From: Catajapyx aquilonaris
Lineage: Eukaryota
DNA: 64,000 nt
Direction of reading: 5' to 3'
Assembly (NCBI GenBank): GCA_000934665.2
Contig: KZ538496.1
Span: 1-64,000 of the forward strand
In this document: piece after piece, positions 55,620 through 64,000 of the stretch
Layout of the letters: the number at the start of each line of letters is the position of its first letter
Position numbering within the stretch: the stretch's first letter is position 1
Notes under the pieces: generated by a model
Told to the model about the DNA's origin: nothing
What the model saw: the letters and a program-made list of their open reading frames with translations, nothing else
Database searches by the model: none
Program-made: the position numbers and the translations under genes

Positions 55620-57243
55620 TCAGACGGACGTTGAGGCAGCAGCGGCTGCTTTGGCAGCAAGGCGCTGGTCCCTTTCCTCTGCGATGGTCAGCTTGATACC
55701 CTTGCCCTTTGGCAGGGATACGTACGCCTTCGTGCCCTTTCCAATCATGAAAATGTAGTTTTGCCTGGAATCGGAAAAGAAGACACGCATTATTAACCCA
55801 AGTGTAAACAACGCTAGTGTCCAACACTGAGTATGTCCTCGCTGTGGGTAATGCTGATTCGACACTTAATAATCCAGACCAGCGACCTTTCAGAGAGAGT
55901 TACTATGCCCACCTTTTTGACCGCCCGTACGCAGGTAATTTAACATAACAGGCGGCTTCGATCAGGGGCATGCTTTCAGAATAACAGGTGCAAACGTACC
56001 TGGTGGCAAACACATTTCCATTTGTGTCCTTGACGTGCACGATGTCAAAGGACCCCGGATGTCTCTCCCTGGACACGACTGTGCCCACTCGCCCCAAGTT
56101 GCGCCCTCCAGTGATCATGCAGAGGTTCCCGGTCTCAAACTTGATGAAGTCCAGGATCTTCCCTGTGCCAATGTCCATCTGGATGGAGTCGTTGGCCTTG
56201 ATCAGGGGATCGGGGTAGCGGATGGTACGGCCATCATGGGTCACCAGGTACGGGACAGCCTTGGGGCCCAACTGCGCACGCAGGACACGACACAGCTTGT
56301 ACTGCAACCAAACAAGGTGTTAAAAAATGGCCAAAAAATCAAACCACAAATTTCACGGAGTTAAGAAATCCTCTCAGAATCTGCCTCATTCTTTCGTCAA
56401 TGAATAATCAGGTCAAGCGTCTATTACATTCTACATCCTTGAGGATCGCACGACAAGATTTGTTAATAATTAATTTCTTATAGTCACCTTCGCCTCTTCT
56501 GGAGTGATCCGATGCACGATGAACCTCCCCTTGGTGTCGTAAATGAGCCGAAAGTGCTCTCCGGTCTTGTCAATGGTGATCACATCCATGAATCCGGATG
56601 GATAGTTGGGATCCGTTCGCACCTTCCCGTCCACCTTTATTAGACGCTGCATCACTATTTTTTTAACCTCCGCCGCAGTCAGTGCGTACTTCAGCCGGTT
56701 CCGAAGAAAGATGATTAGCGGCAGGCATTCCCTCAGCTTGTGGGGGCCTGAGCTAGGCCGAGGTGCGAACACCCCGGCCAGCTTCCCCAACATCCAGTGC
56801 TTCGGCGCATGGATACGCTTCAAGTGTTTACGCGGTCCGCGAACCTGTAAAAATTAATAACACATAAGTAAACATGTCCCACTTGCTGCAACGGACTGTG
56901 TCCGCCCCAGAAAATTCCTCTCAGAATCTGCCTCATGCTATCTTCACTTGTAAAAATCAGGTCAAGCGTCATGATCATTCATCACTGAGGATCTGTACAC
57001 ACAATTAATTGCACTAATTGGCCCCCCCTAAAATTTGGAACATATCGGGAATAATTCGAACACTTTTTTTCCCCCACATTGATTTTCAGGCTGCTCTCAA
57101 CCAACACCGGTTCGACCAGTACCGTTTTTCATCCGGAATTTTTCCCGGGACAATCCGGACACCTGGATGAACCGGGGATGGCCGATCCGGTGGCGGATAA
57201 GCCCGGATTTTATGTTGAAAAGGGAAGAAAAAGGACTCACCAT
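55620..57243 (-). CDS. RPS4: 40S ribosomal protein S4 (eS4), 4 exons (exon 1 = ATG only)
   Basis: [20 protein letters not shown]...[11 protein letters not shown]...[18 protein letters not shown]...YKLCRV...[12 protein letters not shown]...[16 protein letters not shown]. Confidence 0.97.
55831..55972 (-). ncRNA. Intronic H/ACA snoRNA, SNORA16/snR46-like
   Basis: Hairpin atgccc-ctgATCGAAG-ccgcctgt...acgggcgg-TCAAAAAG-gtgggc, H box ATAGTA, second hairpin (tcgctg...cagcga), ACA 3 nt from the end; pocket pairs LSU CUUUUUGA-UC-CUUCGAU. Confidence 0.85.
56368..56446 (-). ncRNA. Intronic box C/D snoRNA, SNORD90-like (RpS4 intron 2)
   Basis: atcctc-a-AGGATGT (degenerate C)...GACGCTTGAC-CTGA...TTGACGA...ATGAGGCAGATT-CTGA-gaggat. 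Confidence 0.7.
56916..56991 (-). ncRNA. Intronic box C/D snoRNA, SNORD90-like (RpS4 intron 1)
   Basis: tcctc-a-GTGATGA...GACGCTTGAC-CTGA...GTGAAGA...ATGAGGCAGATT-CTGA-gagga; D guide complementary to 18S UCUGCCYUAU. Confidence 0.85.
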
Positions 57244-57272
57244 CTTGGCTACACACACGCCACACGCCGAAC

Positions 57273-57283
57273 CGGAAAAGGAT
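57273..57283 (-). promoter_or_regulatory. TCT/5'TOP polypyrimidine initiator of RpS4
   Basis: TCCTTTTCCG ~30-40 nt upstream of the RpS4 ATG, typical of ribosomal protein genes. Confidence 0.65.
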
Positions 57284-57961
57284 TGAAGCAGGGGTGCCAG
57301 GTGAAGGACAGGGTTGCCAGATGGTGAGAAAGAGGGAGATGAACGACGTGCCCTGATTGGCTGGGGGTCACACTGGACAGCCAATCGATGCTTCTGTGCG
57401 CTCTGTATGCGGCGTAGGATTAATGCTGGCTGTCATTTAAACAGCATTAAATTCTAAATTCAGTGCGCCAGAAGTTAATTAAATATTACTTAATAATTTA
57501 AAAAAATATTAGTGTGTTAAATAAATATGATTAGCGCATACTAGCCGTGTGATACCGGCGCAACAGCGCGTCTGAATTCAACGAACATTATCATTTTTGT
57601 TCGATTGTTTTTAAAAAATGAAAGGGCTGCTGCACATTAAATTTTATATTCCGCGAAAATCAAAATAATTGCAACATTTAATCTGGTTTAAACATGCGAT
57701 TTGTTTAATACATTTGGACACGGTCTACCGGTTCGGATGCGAATCGGTTTTGTGCAAAAAGTTTCGCCAATCGTTTTATATTCGCATCTCCGGACGACCG
57801 ACCTGAAGTTCGGTAAGGAAACTGGGGCCTTTCATAGAATGCGATTCGAACCCGAAATCCGCCGAAAACCAACATTGAGTATTTTGCACCAATATCAGCA
57901 CAGTTAATTAGCAAGTAATATACATACAAATTTTCAGCACAATTATTTATGCAATGAGCAG

Positions 57962-60400
57962 ATGAGCTCAATGGCAGATCCGCCTTCTCCGTGGAAGCAT
58001 CCGGAAGAGGTGAACCGACTGAGGCAGCTGCGGAAGAAGAAGCTTGCATTGCAGGCCAGGCTCACAGGCCTCCTCCGCTCATCATCGTCACCATCGGAGC
58101 CCAGCTCCTCCCCGGCACCGCAGAAAAAATTTATTATCAAGAAGAGGAGTCGAAATCCATTCAGGTGATACCCACCAAAAAGTACCCGCCCATGACATGT
58201 TACCAATTTCATACGTTCCTTTCCAGTGCGCCGGATGCCAACGACGCAAAGAAGCCATGTCTGGAGCCTCCCCCGGAGTTGGATCCCTCGGCAGACGTGA
58301 CCCTTTTCCAGCTGCTGACTTCCAGCTACGGGAGTCCTAGCACCAGTGGAGAGTTGGTCACCTCATTTTCAGATGTTTTTGCAAAAGAGTCCAGCTGTCA
58401 TGTAAGCTACGGGAATCGTGTCGTTTCTGGAACAGTGCAACTAATGTTGTCTTATTAGTCAGATGCATCGAAGGATGACGATGCAGGTTGGGAAGAGGAG
58501 CTTCCGATAGACTGGAGTCTTAAGACCAGCCTCCGATTCACGTCTTCGCTTCCGTTTCCATGGGATCCCAAGCTGAAGGTGAGCTTGATATGCTCGGAAG
58601 AAACAGGCAAGCTGAAAATCGAAGCGGTTGCGAAGGTGCAATTTGCACTCCAAAATTGCTCTCTGCACTCCAGTTGGGCCTGATAACATGGCTAAATCCA
58701 GTAATTAAATATTACGCACTCCGAGTAAGTAATGTAATAATTGTGGTGCGTTCCAGGCTTGTGAGGAGGCCTCAGGAGTGAGCATGTTTACCCGCTGCCT
58801 GCCTTCAAACGACTGCTCCTCTGCTTCGTTGGACACAAGCCCAGCCGCACATCTCCGCCGCTGCAGCTTCTATTGGCAGCACCCTGCAAAATCTGGGGTC
58901 AACCTCTTCCCACGCTACAGGACCAGGGGACTCAAGGGCGCGGACTCCAGTGGAGGAGGGTCGAAGGCCGCTCCTTCCCAGTCAGACCAGGAGGCCATGC
59001 ACAAGGACTGGTCAGTTCTGTTAGCCTTCGCATCTGTCATTTTGCTCTGATCTCATCCGCTGAATTGTTCCCTCCAAGGAAAGAGAGCCTGACTTCTCTG
59101 TACCAGCTGCTTCGGACACGCCAATGCCCCTTCTTCTACCTGTGCGCGCCGGCATTCACATGTCTGTTTAGGGCAGCAGGAATGTCGTCTGCTCTAGAAA
59201 TTAACGCCATCCTCACCCCGAGTACGTCAGGACTCAGGAACTCCATGAAGCGGGAAGGTCAGTTCCATCCGGAAATTACGACTCCTTCAAACGAAATTGG
59301 CAGTACCTGAAGCATATGTCAATGTAAAGAGCAGTTCATCAAGGCTCGCAGCAAACAAAGTGACAATCTGTAATTTGATGCTTATTTAGTAATTATAATC
59401 GCATGCACGGCCTGCATATTAATTTCACCTTCTTAATTTATCCTCCAGGTATTGAGTTTTCCATGCCGTTGAAGAAAGAATCTCCAACCAAGTGAGTGTT
59501 GATGCTTCGATAATATTGCCGTACATAAATCTACACATGTGACTTTAACGTGACATTTGCTGAAACACAGACCCTCTGCTCATGTTGTGACTCTGTTGCA
59601 GGCGGAACTCAGACGAGGAGCCAGCAGTTGACGACAGTCCCAAAAAGGGCGGGACAGAAGACGAGGAGACCTTGGATTTGCTGGCCAGCATGGGTGCCAA
59701 TCAGACTTCATTGGTTGGACTGAGCATCAGGGACAGAATGTAATTATTTTATTTTAGTTTAATTACCCCAGCGCCAGGAAAACTCCTTTTATTTTAAAGA
59801 CGACGTGAAGGTGGCATCAAGGATGACTTCAGACCTGAGTCAGCAGTTCAAGTGAATGGCGTGGAGACACAGTCACTGCTTGACTTCTTGCTGTCGAGCA
59901 GGAGTTGCATTGCCGCTTCTGGCCACACCGCGGGGATCCCACCTACGTTGTTGGCACCTGTGGCGTTCCAGGGGGCAACACTCATGAAGCTTCAGGTGAG
60001 GAGAGAGCTTAAATGCGTACTTGACATGCGTTTGACATGCTTGTCGTTGCAGGTTCATTACAGCACCATCCAGGCGGGAACAGGTTCGTCTTATGTGGTT
60101 GAGCTTCGTGGCCCCATCTTACCACATGTGGTTCACGAAATGATGGATTCCACCCTGCGTAATGTAACTCTCTCGACAATAACCAGCGTAACCTGCCAGG
60201 GTAGTGAAGCCTTTGCTCGTCTCCCTGACCGACCGTCCTCGAGCGAATCTGGAGCTGAGTCGGATGCGTTTGGATTGGTGAATCTCAGTGACTGTGGACT
60301 TGGAGATTTGCTTCTCCAGAGGTTCTGCGGAAGGGACACCAAGTGTCAGAAAGAAGTCGTCGAGATTCAGTGCAAGGACAAGGTGTTCAGGTGGAAGTAA
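57962..60400 (+). CDS. DONSON: Protein downstream neighbor of Son (humpty dumpty)
   Basis: WKHPEEV, RNPF, LPIDWSLKTSLRFTSSLPFPW, YWQHP, SLYQLLRTRQCPFFYLC, TPSTSGLR, GIPPTLLAPVAFQGAT, ELRGPILPH. Confidence 0.95.
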
Positions 60401-62412
60401 CTGTTTACTCTGCATATCTATTTATGCTGGTTTTTTATTATTATTTATGACACTGAGGAATGCTCAAGAGCTCAATTTTATGTAAGAACTGTTTTATAAA
60501 ATGAAGTTAAAACATCGAGAGTTGTCCATTCTTTAAATCTGTTTATGTACGGCAACATTTTTAATGTAAATTCTGAACCTCTGCATGCGGTTAATTAGAT
60601 GTCGACCTTTATTGTCACTGTTTGCGTTGGAATAATTTGCATGTTCTGGCGGACAAGCTGCGAATCCCTGATGCCCGCTGTCCAGTGATCCTTTCCTCCC
60701 CCAACCCCTGCTTCATGTCATCCCCTTTTCTCCCCCTCCCACTGCCCCTCCCATCCCCTCCAATCTCCTTCTTTCCGCAGTATCCCTTTGGCCAGCTCCG
60801 GACCATCTCATTAAGCAAGTCAGAAGTGCTCTGTGGCTTTATGGCTGCCTGCCACTTGACGTAATTGGGCTTCAGGCTTTTCCTGCTTCCACTCGGCTGC
60901 TTTCTGCTGCTGAGGCTGCTTCTCACAGAATATTCCAATCCGCAGGCACTCCCTGCGGATCTACAGGCCTGCTCCTATATAACGCATGTCTGGACTAGTT
61001 TATTACACGATCGGCCGATCGAACACAACATGGGAAATAGTTCGCAATCTCTTTCACATGGTTACGCTAATTAGGAATCCTGTCCAGCTTTATTGTTTTG
61101 GAAAGCATGTTAAACAAACGTACAACGTCGCAAGATGTTATGTTGCTTTTTGTGCAATTGTTTTACGTTCCGAGCTGCTTAAAATAACACTGCATGTAAT
61201 TATGAAACCAGCAGTGCATGTGATGCAAAATATGCGGCTGCATATGAGTGCGCATGCAAAAATATCATCACTTGACTGCAACCGATGTCATGTTGAAACA
61301 TTGTATTCTGTCCAAACATTTTAAAAACGTGTACTTATACTCTCAGCCATGGTCGCGAGGGAATTTTAAAACAGCCCAAAAATTACGGAGCGAAGTTATC
61401 AATATGACAAGTGTACTGATTGTGTGAGCAATGTCGTAATTAGACCAATTACATGTCCGACAATTCGCGCAATTAATTCGTCATTTTTTTAAAACATGCA
61501 CATTTTTAGCCTCCCAAGAAAGATTCCCACCCATGAAATATTAAACACGTTTCAAAATTTACAACTATTTATTAAAATATGATGACGTAACAGCAGGCGG
61601 AAAAGCGGGGGCGGGGTTTTTTTTTTTTGTGTGGTTTGGTACCAAGTTCTAACATGTCGCAATAAGTGTGTGCTGGATCGCAGATTCGGGTTAGTGCTGC
61701 AGCTGGAGCCAACTTTTGCGAACACAGGGGCCGCCCACGGGCCGGGTGCCGCTCAACCACGAAGGTAAGACGACAAACCAGAGGGGGGAAATAATCACCC
61801 TGGCCACAATATGGCGATTATTTCTCCAAGAAATCAACTCAATTCCGGGGTCATGCATCGGTGGGCAGCAGAGAAACCCTCCAGAGTAAACTAACTTTGA
61901 TGTGTTCCTCTGGAGCCTACAAAATCCAGCACACTTGTTGCGTTTTCCCCCCCTCATCCCCATCATGCATAATAGGAGGCTGTTGCGTTGTCCAGTGAGT
62001 CTTTGCAAGCATCTATTCCAGCACCAGTGCTGCTGCGCCCCCTATTTCCTCTCTCTCTGCTGGACTCTTTTTCTTCCTTTTTTCCTCTCCTGCCAGTTGA
62101 TTCTATCCGCTTCCCAGCCTCCCTGGACCTGGCCTGTGGGCTCATCCATATTCCAACTCTGGGTTTGTCCAGGAGAAGGGACAACACGGATGCTGCTGCT
62201 GCAGCCCGCGCTTCTCTCCCGCTGGAAAAACATGCAAGGAAAATACAGGAGTAGAGGTTGGGGGGGTCAGTGAGTCTGACTGCTGCTGGAGAAACAGGAC
62301 TATAGGTAGCCTCTCTAGCTGTTTTATTGCACTTCAGGAGGAACAAAAGGTTGTTCAAATTCACAGTTTATTTCCACATCCTCAGTGTCACAAGATATAG
62401 GTTGGCTGATTT

Positions 62413-63584
62413 CACTCGTAAAAAAAAACTTTGAGCGAAAATGTCACTCGAAAATATATTCTAAAAACTTTTGAGTCGAAATCTCACTCTAAAAATGTTG
62501 ATTGAAAATCTCACTAAATTTTTATTGTCGCTCTCGAAAATATTTTGAGTGAAAATCTCGCTCTAAAATGTTGAGTGATAATCTCGCTCTAAACATTTTT
62601 GAGTGAAAATCTCTCTCTAAATATTTTGAGGGAAAATATCGCTCTAAAATGTTGATTGAAAATCTCACTAAATTTTTTATTATCTCTCTCGAAAATATTT
62701 TGAGTGAAAATCTCGCTCTAAAAATGTTGAGTGAAAATCTCGCTCTAAACATTTTTGAGTGAAAATCTCGCTCTAAATATTTTGAGTTAAAAATCTCTCG
62801 AAACATTTTAAGTGAATAATCTCACTCTAAAATGTTGAGTTAAAAATCACTCGAAACATTGGTTTTAAGTGAATAATCTCACTCTAAAAATGTTGAGTGA
62901 AAATCTTGCTCTGAAATATTTTGAGTGAAAATCTCGCTCTAAACATTTTTGAGTGAAAATATCACTCGAAACATTTTTAAGTGAATAATCTCACTCTAAA
63001 AATGAGAACTTACGCAAAATGTTACTTTTTGAGTGAATTTCACTCCGCAAAGAGCTACTTGAACTCAAATCGAGTGAAAAAAATAGTCGAAAGAAGAGTG
63101 AAATTGAGTGGGGGGAGGAAACTGTTCTTTCAGTGAGTGATACCGGTTTCACTCATTTTGAGTTGTTTTTTTTTCGCTCGAATGTGAAATGATCACTCAA
63201 TTTTAGTGGAAATATGTCACTCAAGTGATGATCGAGTGATTTTCCACTCAATTTGAGCCGTAATCAATCCAGGTTAGAATCACACATTCAGTAAAAAAAT
63301 CACTCAAATTGAGTGAAAAATTACTCTAAAGAAGAGTGAAAATGAGCGGGGGGGGGGGGNNNNNNNNNNNNNNNNNNNNNNNNNNGCGATATGCCCATTT
63401 CACTCAATTTCAGTGGTTTTTTCGCTCGAATCTGAGTGAAATGATCGCTCAGTTTGAGTGGATATATTTCACTCACGTGATCGAGTGATTTCCACTTAAT
63501 TTGAGCCGCAATCAATCCGGGTAGAGGGTTGAGTGACAAAATCACTCAAATTGAGTGTAAATCCACACAAATTTGTGTAAGAGT
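62413..63584. repeat. AT-rich array of ~27-29 bp units (TTGAGTGAAAATCTCGCTCTAAA) with scattered GAGTGA/TCACTC motifs; probably a non-autonomous DNA transposon; spans an N gap
   Basis: About 20 degenerate units at ~62430-63000; motif continues in both orientations to ~63560; starts CACTCGTAAAAAAAAA, ends TTTGTGTAAGAGT; Ns at ~63360-63385. Confidence 0.75.
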
Positions 63585-64000
63585 TACAACCAGCAGCACT
63601 AATTGAAAGGTCATGTTCGTGATCCCACACTGGATGAAAGGGAATTTTGTTTTACACCATTTGGTTTCCCTCAGCCACAGCCAAAGACGTTAATAACACT
63701 TCTTCATACAAGGACATCGTTTCTAGACCACTGATAAGGGGGGGTAAAAAGAGATAAGACTTTCTTTTCCCCTCTCCAGTACAGTAGCCCCACGCGCCAT
63801 TGCATTTAATCGGGGCCCCCCTTTTCCTTCCCCTAGTCCAATGGTACTCCGATATCGTTTCCCCCTGTAAAGGTTCATAGAGGAAAAAGAAGAAGAAGAG
63901 TGGAGGCGAAAACCTGCCTCCGGTTCATCTTTTATGGATGAGATCGGCTGCCGTTTCATCGCCCCCCACCCTTCCACCCTTCCACCCCCCTCTCCCGCTT

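Noticed and set aside
60615..62364. Short ORFs downstream of DONSON
   Set aside because: No recognisable domain or consistent splice structure.
62430..63000. CRISPR-like periodic repeat
   Set aside because: Head-to-tail degenerate units without unique spacers, eukaryotic context, no cas genes.
63723..63977. 84 aa minus-strand ORF at the window end
   Set aside because: No homology recognised and context is truncated.

Overview
Eukaryotic, gene-dense invertebrate (probably arthropod) genomic DNA with many short (~55-70 nt) GT-AG introns. Gene order: uncharacterised gene(-), macoilin(-), GET1/WRB(+), NudC(-), Nopp140(+), QRSL1/GatA(-), RTN4IP1(+), FAM76(-), Myb/SANT-like(-), CEP57(+), RBBP6(+), cytosolic TyrRS(-), a decayed RpS4/TyrRS tandem duplicate, THAP-P-element transposase gene(+), RpS4(-), DONSON(+), then a repeat-rich tail with an assembly gap. 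Four observations stand out. (1) An in-frame, phase-0 upstream exon would give TyrRS an EF1B-beta/CysRS-type GST-like N-terminal domain. (2) Five related box C/D snoRNAs sit in TyrRS introns, with two guide elements apparently partitioned between copies. (3) RpS4 introns hold SNORD90-like and SNORA16-like snoRNAs. (4) The decayed duplicate keeps the TyrRS promoter and about six snoRNA copies, resembling a nascent non-coding snoRNA host gene. All homology calls are by eye from remembered sequences; no database search was run.
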